Below, in pieces: positions 24,481 to 33,849 of a stretch of 64,000 nt of DNA. Every line of letters begins with the position of its first letter. Positions within the stretch are counted from its first letter, which is position 1. The position numbers were made by a program, and so were the translations under genes. This DNA is from Patescibacteria group bacterium (lineage in GTDB: Bacteria > Patescibacteriota > Patescibacteriia > PEXW01). Under the pieces are notes generated by a model, which saw nothing but the letters and a program-made list of their open reading frames with translations, was not told the DNA's origin and did not search any database. The stretch spans positions 129,296 to 193,295 of the forward strand of contig JBBTVB010000002.1 in assembly GCA_038063455.1 (NCBI GenBank), given 5' to 3'.

Positions 24481-26628
24481 ATGCTGACTTTAGCTACACC
24501 CCTCACTTCCCTGTCCGGCGTCGGGCCAACTGCGGCTACCCGACTCAAACGGCTTGGCTTGGAAACCGTCCAGGACCTTTTGTGGCACTTACCCTTCCGC
24601 TACGAAGACCTGACACGCGTGGAGCGCATTGGCGACGTACGCGGCAACACTACCGTTTCCATCAAAGGCAAACTCCAGCTCATCAGTTCCCGTCGTGCTG
24701 CCCGGCGCAAGCACATGCTGGTGCTCGAGGCGATTATTGCCGATGACAGCGGCTCGATAAAAGCCGTGTGGTTTAACCAGCCGTTCCTGGCAAAAATCTT
24801 GCACCCGGGCGATGAACTCTGGCTCGCTGGCAAAGTAGAGACGAACCACTTCGGCATTAGCCTGATGAACCCGACCTGGGAAAAACGCGACAACCCGCTG
24901 AATGCCGCGCGGCTGCTGCCAATATACCCACTGACCGATGGTCTGACGCAAAAGCAACTACGCTTGTGGCTGCACCACAGTGCCGTAGCCAGCGCGCAGC
25001 TCCCCGAGACGTTACCAGCGCCGTTCCGCGACCAGCACACGTTGCTGCCTCTGGCCGCTGCCCTGGGGCATCTGCACGAACCAACGAACATGACCGACGT
25101 TCAGGCCGGCCGACGGCGCATTGGTTTCGAAGAGCTCCTGGTTGTCCACCTAGCCGTCCAGCAGGAGCGGGCTGCCATGGAGGCGCAACCCAGCATTCAT
25201 ATTCCGTTTAGCCAGGAAGATACAGTATCGTTCGTCCAGCGGCTGCCGTTTACGCTTACCCCGGGCCAGAAGCGCTCGGCCTGGGACATTTTGCAGGACA
25301 TGGACAAAGGCGCGCCTATGAACCGCCTGCTGGAAGGCGACGTCGGCTCGGGAAAAACCGTGGTGGCCGCCATTGCGATTTTGAATGTGGCCAAAGCCGG
25401 GCACCAAACTGCGTACCTGGCGCCGACCGAAATTTTGGCCCGGCAGCATTACGAAAAAATAACCAAACTACTCAAACCCTTTGGCACGCGGGTGGCACTT
25501 ATGACGCAGGCGGTTCGCTTGCTCTCAACGGAAAACAAACCAGTTACCCAGCACCACCGCCCAGTTACGCGGGATACAAATACCAACAATGCACAAACAG
25601 AGTTCGGTGGTAGCGGTGGTGCTGGGCTGACACGCCCGGCCATGCTCAAAGCGCTGGCCGATGGTAAGGTAGATCTAGTGATTGGCACGCACGCGCTCAT
25701 TGCTAAAGGTGTAACATTTTCGAACCTTGCGCTGGTGATTGTGGACGAACAGCACCGCTTTGGCGTGGAGCAACGCAAGGTCCTCCGCGTTGCCGGCAGC
25801 CAAGGCATTCCGCACTTCCTTTCTCTAACGGCCACGCCAATTCCCCGCACGCTTGCGCTCACCGTCTGGGGCGACCTTTCCGTATCGCGTATCCCCCACC
25901 TGCCAACTGAACGCAAGCCTATTACTACTACACTCTTGGACGCACGTAACCGCGATGTAGCCTACACCGCAATTCGGGAACGCGTTGCTGCCGGCGAGCA
26001 AGCGTTTATAATTTGCCCGCGCATCGAAGGCGACGAGACCGGGGCAAAATCAGTTATTGCGGAGCATGCAAAACTCAGCACCGGGGTGCTGCGTAGCCTG
26101 CGCCTTGGCTTGCTCCATGGGCGGTTAAAAAGCCAAGACAAAGAAAAAGTCATGGCCGAATTTGCCAACGGCAAAATTGACGTGCTCGTCGCTACTGCGG
26201 TTGTGGAAGTCGGCATTGACGTGCCCAATGCCACGGTCATGCTTATCGAAGGTGCCGACAGCTTTGGCCTAGCCCAGCTACACCAGTTCCGCGGCCGCAT
26301 TGGCCGCAGCAGCAAAGCCAGCACCTGCTACCTGACCACCGAAGCCACTGACACAGAAACGCTGGATCGCTTGCGCATCCTGGAAAAGCTCAATGATGGC
26401 TTTGCCCTAGCCGAAGAAGACCTCAACCGCCGCGGCCCGGGCGAACTGTGGGGCCAGCTCCAAAGCGGCTTCCAGCCGTTTAGGGTGGCTCGGCTTACGG
26501 ACAGGGCCTTGGTGGAAGAGACCCGGGCTGCCGCAGCTGCCCTGCTGCAGGCTGATCCTACCCTGGCCACCACCCCAGAAATTGCGCTTATTGTAGCGGA
26601 AAAACGAAAGCGCTTACATCCAGAATAG
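24481..26628 (+). CDS. recG: ATP-dependent DNA helicase RecG
   Basis: 715 aa: wedge domain, helicase motifs GDVGSGKT and DEQHRFG, and C-terminal QLHQFRGRIGR. A low-complexity insert of about 35 aa lies at about 25530-25640. Confidence 0.92.
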   Translation: MLTLATPLTSLSGVGPTAATRLKRLGLETVQDLLWHLPFRYEDLTRVERIGDVRGNTTVSIKGKLQLISSRRAARRKHMLVLEAIIADDSGSIKAVWFNQPFLAKILHPGDELWLAGKVETNHFGISLMNPTWEKRDNPLNAARLLPIYPLTDGLTQKQLRLWLHHSAVASAQLPETLPAPFRDQHTLLPLAAALGHLHEPTNMTDVQAGRRRIGFEELLVVHLAVQQERAAMEAQPSIHIPFSQEDTVSFVQRLPFTLTPGQKRSAWDILQDMDKGAPMNRLLEGDVGSGKTVVAAIAILNVAKAGHQTAYLAPTEILARQHYEKITKLLKPFGTRVALMTQAVRLLSTENKPVTQHHRPVTRDTNTNNAQTEFGGSGGAGLTRPAMLKALADGKVDLVIGTHALIAKGVTFSNLALVIVDEQHRFGVEQRKVLRVAGSQGIPHFLSLTATPIPRTLALTVWGDLSVSRIPHLPTERKPITTTLLDARNRDVAYTAIRERVAAGEQAFIICPRIEGDETGAKSVIAEHAKLSTGVLRSLRLGLLHGRLKSQDKEKVMAEFANGKIDVLVATAVVEVGIDVPNATVMLIEGADSFGLAQLHQFRGRIGRSSKASTCYLTTEATDTETLDRLRILEKLNDGFALAEEDLNRRGPGELWGQLQSGFQPFRVARLTDRALVEETRAAAAALLQADPTLATTPEIALIVAEKRKRLHPE

Positions 26629-26634
26629 GCACAA

Positions 26635-26663
26635 TTGACGAGCCTATCTACCGGGCGTAGAAT
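26635..26663 (+). promoter_or_regulatory. Promoter of the orphan AT-rich unit
   Basis: TTGACG (26635-40), 17 nt, TAGAAT (26658-63), immediately after the recG stop. Confidence 0.5.
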
Positions 26664-26863
26664 AAGATATTCGCTCATTGCGAAGCTCTTTCCAAAATAT
26701 ATGCGCCTCTTGGCACATACTGGTACGGTCTTCTCGGTGAGCGTGTAACCACACGTAAACCCAAAACAATGCAGGAGGCATATGAACAAGAGCCCGTAAC
26801 CAATACACTCCAGGTCATCATGGAAATGGAATAAAAGATAACCTCACACCATGGAGTGCTCTA

Positions 26864-27226
26864 ATGGTAATAGTACGAGGTGACAATTCTCATAAAATTG
26901 TCACGGATCTCAATCTCTGTATTCGTGGAAACGGTGCGGAAAAAAGCTCCATCACTGAATCAACAATTCGGTGCTGTACCAAACCGGACATTGTTTTTGT
27001 TGGTGGATTGACTCTTCCGACAAAAATCAAAAATGAACCTCGATCAAAACACTTGTATGCCTGCAAGAACTGCGGCCAGGCGCACAAGGATGAGGCAGGC
27101 AATATTGTACAAATATATGGCACTATGCCGGATTACTTCGATCGGCTTGTTGAAAAGCACACAGAGTTTGGCATTACTCTTGGTAGTAATGCAAAAAGCA
27201 TGGGTGTGCCTCTAGCACATCGATAG
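26864..27226 (+). CDS. Orphan 120-aa Cys-containing protein, function unknown
   Basis: Has its own promoter, a leader of about 190 nt and a strong terminator, in an AT-richer segment. Includes a CKNC pair plus three further Cys. The palindrome gtgacaatt-N7-aattgtcac lies at 26879-26903, inside codons 6-14. Confidence 0.5.
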   Translation: MVIVRGDNSHKIVTDLNLCIRGNGAEKSSITESTIRCCTKPDIVFVGGLTLPTKIKNEPRSKHLYACKNCGQAHKDEAGNIVQIYGTMPDYFDRLVEKHTEFGITLGSNAKSMGVPLAHR

Positions 27227-27252
27227 ACTTCAAGGAAGGGCAAACATACTCT

Positions 27253-27282
27253 GGAAGCAACCACTGGTTGCTTCCTTTTTTT
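27253..27282 (+). terminator. Rho-independent terminator
   Basis: ggaagcaacc-act-ggttgcttcc followed by seven T. Confidence 0.75.
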
Positions 27283-28636
27283 ATTTACCGAGGCTGGCCT
27301 TGAGCAAGGCTTCGTGTACCGTGCGGACTTGAACAATAGCTAGCCCCTTAGTTGCAACCACTTTGGTGTGCGGCGGGCACAGCACGGTGGTAAAGCCGAG
27401 CTTCGCACATTCGGCCAGGCGGCGGTCCATATTGCTCGTGCCGCGAATCTCGCCGCCAAGACCAACTTCGCCGACGGCAGCCATGCGCTCCGGTAAAGCC
27501 TTGTCCTGCAACGATGACGCTACTGCTAAGCACACGCCCAGGTCGGCAGCGGGCTCTTCGATACGGAAACCGCCAACGACATTTAGGTGTACGTCTTGGT
27601 TACCCAGACCCAGCCCAGCGCGCTTGCCAAGCACAGCAAGCAAGAGTTGCAAGCGTTTGCCGTCGAAACCCGCGCTTACCCGCTGCGGGTAGCCGAACAC
27701 GGTGGTCGAAACCAGCGCTTGAATATCTAACAGAAAGACACGCGTGCCCTCGATAACCGGCACCACAGCCGAGCCGCTGGCGCTGGTTGGCCGTTCGGCG
27801 AGGAAGCGTTCGGAAGGGTTGGGAACATCCACCAGGCCGGTACTGACCATATCAAAGACTCCTACTTCGTCCGTGGCGCCAAAACGGTTCTTGGTGGCGC
27901 GCAGGATGCGGTAGGCGTGGTGCGGGTCGCCTTCCATGGTCAGGACGCAGTCCACCAGGTGCTCCAGCATGCGGGGGCCGGCAATAGTGCCGTCTTTGGT
28001 CACGTGGCCAATGAGCAGGATGGGAATGTGGAGCTGCTTGGCCAAGGCCATGAGCTTGACGGTGACGACCCGGATTTGCACCACGGACCCAGCTTCGGAA
28101 GGCAGTGTCGGGTCGAACAAGGTCTGGACAGAGTCAACCACCACCAGGGCCGGCTTCTCCGCCGCAATGGTAGCCAGCACGGTCGGCACATCGGTTTCGG
28201 ACAAGAAGCGCACGTGCGGTGCCTTGAGGCCCAAGCGTTCGTAACGCAATTTCACTTGACTGCCAGATTCTTCGCCCGAAATGTACAGGACAGGTTTTTT
28301 GAGACCTGCCGTAACCTGTAACGCCAACGTCGACTTGCCAATGCCCGGCTCCCCGCCCAACAAAATGAGCGAACCCGGTACAATGCCGCCGCCCAGCGTG
28401 CGGTCAAACTCTGCCGACGTGGTTGCCACGCGCGCGACCGGATCGCCGGAGATGTCGGTAAAGCCAATAGTCTTGCCGGGTTTGCCTTGCACCGTTGGTC
28501 GCGCTGATTTTATGGTTGGGGCGCCAGCCTCAATGGTGCCCCACTGGCCGCAGGTGCCACAGCGGCCCTGCCACTTGGGGAATTGGCTATCACAGTTGCT
28601 GCAGGTAAAGATTGTTTCGATTAGCTTCCTGGACAT
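27281..28636 (-). CDS. radA: DNA repair protein RadA/Sms
   Basis: Zinc finger CSNC...CGTC, Walker A GGEPGIGKST, a KNRFG motif and a Lon-like C-terminus. The ORF track starts at 28675, but the ATG at 28636 puts the first Cys at residue 12, as in reference RadA. Confidence 0.9.
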   Translation of the reverse strand: MSRKLIETIFTCSNCDSQFPKWQGRCGTCGQWGTIEAGAPTIKSARPTVQGKPGKTIGFTDISGDPVARVATTSAEFDRTLGGGIVPGSLILLGGEPGIGKSTLALQVTAGLKKPVLYISGEESGSQVKLRYERLGLKAPHVRFLSETDVPTVLATIAAEKPALVVVDSVQTLFDPTLPSEAGSVVQIRVVTVKLMALAKQLHIPILLIGHVTKDGTIAGPRMLEHLVDCVLTMEGDPHHAYRILRATKNRFGATDEVGVFDMVSTGLVDVPNPSERFLAERPTSASGSAVVPVIEGTRVFLLDIQALVSTTVFGYPQRVSAGFDGKRLQLLLAVLGKRAGLGLGNQDVHLNVVGGFRIEEPAADLGVCLAVASSLQDKALPERMAAVGEVGLGGEIRGTSNMDRRLAECAKLGFTTVLCPPHTKVVATKGLAIVQVRTVHEALLKASLGK

Positions 28637-30000
28637 TTGGTAAGAGTGGGATCGAGAAATAAGAGCTGCAAGCATTTGCGAGCCGCTTCGACTTTTACAA
28701 CGTAATTTCGTGTTTCCTGGTAGCCACTATTCTTTGAACACTCCCACCACGTACTCCCCGGACAATCCCGGCTACCGCAATTTGCACCAGGGCCGCCATT
28801 GTAGGCTGCGGCCACATAGTATAAATCCCCACTTCTGCAGGTGGTGGATTGTACTGCGGGTGGCCTGCACTCAGCAACTGTTCCGTTTATTCGGTATGCC
28901 TTCTCAGGGCAAGTGTCATTGGCAAGCTGTTTGAGGTAGGCCACGCCAGCCTCAATGCCCACCTGTGGATTTTTGAGTTGCTCGCAGGTCTTGTTAGCAG
29001 TGGCTGGCTTCAACTGCATCAGACCGCAAGCCAGAGGGTCTCCCTTTTCATCTTCTGATTGGGCGTTTGGGTTGCCACCTGACTCCACATACATAATTGC
29101 GTAAATCATATCCTCGGGCACTTGCGGGGTTTGCAAGCTGCGGATGAGGCTGCCGTACTTTGTCCGTACCCCGCTGGATGCATTGTCGAGCCATTCCCGC
29201 GTGAGGATAACCGAACCTTGCGTCCGTCCACGGGCCCCGAAAGCTATTTCACCGGCATTAAATGTCTCCTCTACACCCACCACCGTTTTCAAGGATAAAC
29301 TTCTAAAACGAACTAGTTTTGGACTTATAGCTAAGAGGAATAGGTATGCGGTAAGCGCCAGGATGAGGCCAACGATTGCCGAACTAATAGTTTCTTTGGC
29401 CGCCTGTATTTTACCCCGGTCACCGGCCGCCAGCATCCATTGCATGCCGCCAAATGCAACCATAACTGTAGCCAAAATGCCAATGGCGCCAACGCCAAAT
29501 GCATAGAGCGCAGCTATGTACTCACCCAGTGTGGAACCAGTAATAATTATTTCCTGACCATTAAAGAGTGTGGAGCCCGGCAGGGCCACTTGGGGTTTAA
29601 ACTTGATGTTCAAGGTTGGTGCTGTGGCTGTGATAGCTGGTCGCCGGCAGGATAGTTCCGTGCACGCTTTTGCAGAAGGGGCGGCAAAAGGCCCGCTGCA
29701 CTGGCCCTGCGCATTCGGTTGCTGGCACGTACCATCTAAAAGAATGCAGCACTGGGTTGCGGACCCAGGTTGGGCTGGGCACGTACAGCTTGCGTCGTAG
29801 TTCCCGCCGGGTAGTGAAGATCCACAAATGTTCGACTTGGTCCAACCACCAGGCGGCTCGATAGTGGACGGAGGCAGCAATTCAGACTCGTTGAGGCAAC
29901 TTTTCGTAAGTTGAGAGGTGCAGCAACCCGCCATGGCTGCGCGGGGAGCAAGTAAGCCAACTAAGAACAGTGCAAAAATAAATACGAGTACTCGCTTCAC
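28621..30000 (-). CDS. Secreted Cys-rich protein: VirB2/TrbC-type T4SS pilin domain fused to an SLT lytic transglycosylase (VirB1-like)
   Basis: 459 aa. Signal peptide MKRVLVFIFALFLVGLLAPRAAMA. A stretch of about 95 aa holds 12 Cys. A two-TM pilin-like hairpin AIGILATVMVAFGGMQWMLAAGDRGKIQAAKETISSAIVGLILAL lies at about nt 29305-29529. SLT motifs YVESGGNPNAQS, GLMQL and AYNGG lie at about nt 28741-29208. Confidence 0.75.
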   Translation of the reverse strand: MKRVLVFIFALFLVGLLAPRAAMAGCCTSQLTKSCLNESELLPPSTIEPPGGWTKSNICGSSLPGGNYDASCTCPAQPGSATQCCILLDGTCQQPNAQGQCSGPFAAPSAKACTELSCRRPAITATAPTLNIKFKPQVALPGSTLFNGQEIIITGSTLGEYIAALYAFGVGAIGILATVMVAFGGMQWMLAAGDRGKIQAAKETISSAIVGLILALTAYLFLLAISPKLVRFRSLSLKTVVGVEETFNAGEIAFGARGRTQGSVILTREWLDNASSGVRTKYGSLIRSLQTPQVPEDMIYAIMYVESGGNPNAQSEDEKGDPLACGLMQLKPATANKTCEQLKNPQVGIEAGVAYLKQLANDTCPEKAYRINGTVAECRPPAVQSTTCRSGDLYYVAAAYNGGPGANCGSRDCPGSTWWECSKNSGYQETRNYVVKVEAARKCLQLLFLDPTLTKCPGS

Positions 30001-30611
30001 AAGTGTTGCTCAATAATCCGGCGAAGGTCGGCTTCTTCAAGAATGCCAGTTAGCTGCGTGTCACCAACGAACATGGTCGGCACTTCCGTAATAGTCAGTC
30101 GCTTGCCTTCAGCAATTGCGGCATTGACGCGGGCCACGGCCTGGCCGCTATCCAGGCATTGCTGGAGCCTGGCCGCATCAGTCCCGCTTTCTTTTGCCAG
30201 AGTTTCCAGCGGTACGGTGCCTAGCTCATCCTGGTGAGCGAAGAGCACATCGTGCATTTGCCAAAATTTACCTTGATCCTGAGCGCAGCGCGCAATTTGA
30301 CTAGCCCGATTACTATTAGGATGGATTGGCAATGGAAAATCTTTAAACACCAAGGTTACCTGCTTTTGGTAACCCGCCAGGACGTTCTTCAAAATCGGCA
30401 CTTCGGCTTTGCAAAACTCGCATTCAAAGTCTGTAAAAACGACTACGTTAACCTTGCCTCGTTCTGCCCCGAGCTTGGGGTCAGTGCTCTCTACCCGTGG
30501 CCGGACCGCCGCGGTACTTCCCGCCCCAATAAGCGTGAGGCCGTAGGTAACAATAACCAGCACGGCAAAACCGCCGATAATCGACAGGAGGACATTCTCG
30601 TGCCGGTGCAT
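29997..30611 (-). CDS. DsbA-like thiol:disulfide oxidoreductase (membrane-anchored thioredoxin fold)
   Basis: 204 aa with an N-terminal TM, CxxC motif FECEFCK and a DsbA-like layout. Start and stop overlap the neighbouring genes. Confidence 0.75.
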   Translation of the reverse strand: MHRHENVLLSIIGGFAVLVIVTYGLTLIGAGSTAAVRPRVESTDPKLGAERGKVNVVVFTDFECEFCKAEVPILKNVLAGYQKQVTLVFKDFPLPIHPNSNRASQIARCAQDQGKFWQMHDVLFAHQDELGTVPLETLAKESGTDAARLQQCLDSGQAVARVNAAIAEGKRLTITEVPTMFVGDTQLTGILEEADLRRIIEQHL

Positions 30612-30613
30612 GG

Positions 30614-31873
30614 TTAGCGCAGCTTTAACGTCAGCACGCGGCCGGTTGGCGCATCGGTGAAGTAGAGGGTCTTCTCGTCCGGCGAGAGAGTCATGTTCAC
30701 TGCCGAGAACCGACGACTGCCGTCAGTACCCACCGGGTTGGCAAGCAAAGACTTTGCCCCAGTCGTCAGGTCTACCACGTAGAAGCTGTCTGGCGCGCTG
30801 GCGGCTTGGTTGCGGTAGATGCCACTGCCCGATGGCAGCGTACCAGCATCGGGCACGGCACAATAGAGGGTTGTGCCAGCTTTGCTAAAGGTGCACTTGT
30901 CTGACCAGGTAGCAATGTCCAAGGGGCGATTGTTTCCACCCACGCTGTCGCCCTGCGCGTCCACAATGTGCAAGCTAGGATTGTAGCTGGAACCGGCAGA
31001 GTAGGTGCTGTACAACATGCGTTGGCCATCCGGTGACCACGACCCTTCAAACCCGCGACCGTCGGTGACGGTGGACTTAAAATTCTCGCCATTTTTCCCG
31101 ACGAAAAATACTTCTTGCGTGCCCCCATCCAGCCCGGGTGCATAGGTGGCAACAACTTGATTGTTGGGTGACCATTGTACGTCCACCTTATTCCCGTTCT
31201 CCCCCAGCGGCTCAACCGGCGTTATGCTGGTGCCATCGGGGTTGCTGACCACCAAGAAACGGTCGTTGGCGTTTTTCGCATTGAACTTAAAAGCAATTTG
31301 CCCGCCGGCTGGGGCAAAGCTGAAATCTTCACCTTCTTTGGGTAGCGTCGCTTGCTTCTTCGTATCAAAGTTGTAGTAGACTTTGGAATCGTCAGGGAAG
31401 CTGACAATGACTTCATTTTTCTGGCCCGACCAGACAACTGCTTCAGCCTCAGGGAATTTCACGCCCGAAAGCGGCACGACTGTGCCATTGGCATCAAGTT
31501 TGTAAAACTGGCCTGTGGCTTTATCGTAGTAGCGCACATTCCCACTGGCATCCACAACAATGTCGCTGGCATTACCGGAAACCAAGGTGTCGACATTGGT
31601 ATCACCGCCGCCAGCGATGGCGGCAGGTGCGGTGTTGGTGGCAACACCCGAACGATTGGCATTGGAGCCATTGATGGTCGGGAGCACCCCATTCGTGTTC
31701 GATCCCCGATTCACATTGCCGTTAAGGTCTGGGAATGTGCCATTCACATTCTGGTTTTGCTGGCTATTGGTATTCGTCACTATCGACCCACGAAAAAACA
31801 TGACGTACAGCAAAACCCCCAGGGCCAAAACCCCAAGGATAAATGCACCAATGAGAAGGAGGTGGCGATTCAT
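30614..31873 (-). CDS. Membrane-anchored TolB-like beta-propeller protein (PD40/WD40-like repeats)
   Basis: 419 aa: N-terminal TM, an Asn-rich linker, and repeated WSPxxQ / SPDGxxxxY-type blades (WSPNNQVVA, WSPDGQRMLY, LSPDEKTLYF). Confidence 0.6.
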   Translation of the reverse strand: MNRHLLLIGAFILGVLALGVLLYVMFFRGSIVTNTNSQQNQNVNGTFPDLNGNVNRGSNTNGVLPTINGSNANRSGVATNTAPAAIAGGGDTNVDTLVSGNASDIVVDASGNVRYYDKATGQFYKLDANGTVVPLSGVKFPEAEAVVWSGQKNEVIVSFPDDSKVYYNFDTKKQATLPKEGEDFSFAPAGGQIAFKFNAKNANDRFLVVSNPDGTSITPVEPLGENGNKVDVQWSPNNQVVATYAPGLDGGTQEVFFVGKNGENFKSTVTDGRGFEGSWSPDGQRMLYSTYSAGSSYNPSLHIVDAQGDSVGGNNRPLDIATWSDKCTFSKAGTTLYCAVPDAGTLPSGSGIYRNQAASAPDSFYVVDLTTGAKSLLANPVGTDGSRRFSAVNMTLSPDEKTLYFTDAPTGRVLTLKLR

Positions 31874-31907
31874 ACGCTACAAGTTTACAGCAACGCACTC
31901 ATTCATG

Positions 31908-33122
31908 CTACCTGCGGTCAGCATAATCATCCCCAACCTGAACTGATTGCAAGTAGTTGGTTATGTACTGCAGATTCCCGCTGCTATTTTGGCAACAAAT
32001 ACTTCGGTACTTACCATTACTTTCTTCCCGGGCATAAACCGAGGTTTCTGAAGTTGCTGTACAAGAAATCTGACTGATGTCTGACATGCGTACACCAAGC
32101 CCTTCAGAATCCACTGTAAAAGCTTCAATTGGAGTGGTGGAATTCGCCGTGTTACAAGTACCGCATCCGACCTGAGTATACCCAGGATTGCACTGCACTT
32201 TGGCATACCAAAAGCATTGATCATCGTCGATCAGTGGGGCGTGCCACGCGCACTTACCGAACTCGGGTTTTGTATATCGGGGACAATCGCTGGCCACACC
32301 ATCGATGTCATCCGTAATTTTCTCGCAGATTGCCTCCGGTAAGACGCACGTTGCATCCGGACCAATACCGCCTTGCAGTGGGGCATTAATGTTGCCGCAG
32401 ATATCCACTGAGCTCTCGCACTCAGCGCCGTAGCATGACGTTGCAGTCGATAAACCGTTAGCAATCTCAACACCGCTCCGATAATTATACTGCTTGCCGC
32501 ATTTTGGATAGCTATCGCTACCCAACTCTTGGGTGTAGCCGCAAATGCCGCTGCCTCCGCCTTGGCAGTCTGCATCAGCAACGCATTTTTTTCCTGCTGA
32601 GGGGCCACTCAGGCATATCCTAGTAGTTAGGCAGGAATCGCCGAAACTCTGAAATACGGGCTGGACTACGGATAGTGTTGGGGGCCGCAGGTTTACCAAA
32701 TTTGGATTGATGACGTAGAGCAGCAGGTACGAACCCAAAGTGATAACAATGGCAATGAGTGCGGAAAAAATTATTTCCTTGGCGGCCTTTATTCTGCTGG
32801 CATTACCAGCAGCGGCAATCCACTGGATGCCGCCGTAAAAAACCATAACGGTAGCGAGGATGCCGATGGCCCCGGCGAGAAATTTATAGAGCCCGCCGAT
32901 ATACGCCCCCACATCTTCAATGTAGTCATAACTTTTGCCATTCTCATCAGTACATACCATAGTTACGCCCGGGATAGGGACCCCCACACGTATCCAATCA
33001 CGCTCAATATCGCCCACCCGCAACCCTGCGGGCTGATTTTCGCAGCTCACCAACACTGCCTGTGCGGGCAGCGCGGTAAAGCAGGCAAGGAGCAAAAAAA
33101 CGATGATGAGCACTCGTTTCAT
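31908..33122 (-). CDS. Secreted protein: VirB2/TrbC-type T4SS pilin domain followed by a Cys-rich domain of about 250 aa
   Basis: The ORF track starts at 33191. The ATG at 33122 gives signal peptide MKRVLIIVFLLLACFTALPAQA with GGAGGA 8 nt upstream. The pilin hairpin AIGILATVMVFYGGIQWIAAAGNASRIKAAKEIIFSALIAIVITL (about nt 32688-32909) is roughly half identical to the paralogue at 28621-30000. About 20 Cys lie in the C-terminal part. Confidence 0.7.
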   Translation of the reverse strand: MKRVLIIVFLLLACFTALPAQAVLVSCENQPAGLRVGDIERDWIRVGVPIPGVTMVCTDENGKSYDYIEDVGAYIGGLYKFLAGAIGILATVMVFYGGIQWIAAAGNASRIKAAKEIIFSALIAIVITLGSYLLLYVINPNLVNLRPPTLSVVQPVFQSFGDSCLTTRICLSGPSAGKKCVADADCQGGGSGICGYTQELGSDSYPKCGKQYNYRSGVEIANGLSTATSCYGAECESSVDICGNINAPLQGGIGPDATCVLPEAICEKITDDIDGVASDCPRYTKPEFGKCAWHAPLIDDDQCFWYAKVQCNPGYTQVGCGTCNTANSTTPIEAFTVDSEGLGVRMSDISQISCTATSETSVYAREESNGKYRSICCQNSSGNLQYITNYLQSVQVGDDYADRR

Positions 33123-33123
33123 A

Positions 33124-33843
33124 CTATAGTCCTCCAGCAGCCCCGGTACTATCAGGGCTACCAGCGCCAAAAGCTTTGAGGAAAGCCCCAAAAGAAGAAC
33201 TCAAAATATCCAAAAAAAACTTGGACTGTGTAATAGGATCGTTAGTTACGTACCAGACAACCAGCGCCACAATTATGAAAATGAAAAAGAGGAAGGCGAT
33301 AATGCCACAAAAAGCAGTAGTATGCCAAATGAATATGCCAATGTCTGCTTGTGTTCGAAAACCATAGCTGGGAATCAAGTTTAATCGGTTTGGATTTGTG
33401 CGGAACGCCCCGCGCACAACTCGCAAAAAATACATCGAAATAAAAACCCAAGGCGAGACCACAACCTCAAGCGCCATTGTTTGAGTAATGAGTTGTGTTT
33501 GAAAAGAATTTAGTAGAAACTTGTACTTCTTATTTGTGGCATCTACCAGCATGTTACCCGCCTCATTATACGTACGCGCGTTTCGTCGTAATATTTTCAG
33601 GCGCTCTAAAAGTCGCTGCGAGGTGTCACTTTCGTAGGTCGCACCCATCGGCGCAGTGTTTGCTTGCCGTGCACTTGTTGCTTCCGCACTTGAAAGTTGC
33701 GCTCCATCTACCAAGCCCACCCCGGCAGTTTGTCGACGGATGTAGTCAGCAGGCTCAGTTTGCCGTACCTGCCGCTCGGCAAACCTACCGGCATCAAGCG
33801 CTCGGCGATTTTGGAGTTCAAGGGTAGAGGCCGATTCGGCCAT
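33124..33843 (-). CDS. Polytopic membrane protein of the T4SS-like operon, function unknown
   Basis: 239 aa: a soluble N-terminal region of about 100 aa, then 3-4 TM segments. Its stop is 1 nt from the next start. Confidence 0.55.
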   Translation of the reverse strand: MAESASTLELQNRRALDAGRFAERQVRQTEPADYIRRQTAGVGLVDGAQLSSAEATSARQANTAPMGATYESDTSQRLLERLKILRRNARTYNEAGNMLVDATNKKYKFLLNSFQTQLITQTMALEVVVSPWVFISMYFLRVVRGAFRTNPNRLNLIPSYGFRTQADIGIFIWHTTAFCGIIAFLFFIFIIVALVVWYVTNDPITQSKFFLDILSSSFGAFLKAFGAGSPDSTGAAGGL

Positions 33844-33849
33844 AGAGGT

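Noticed and set aside
25530-25640. Insert of about 35 aa in RecG as a possible intein or mobile insertion
   Set aside because: It is far too short and low-complexity (…TRDTNTNNAQTEFGGSGGAG…), and it lacks intein splice-junction residues. It is probably a lineage-specific loop.
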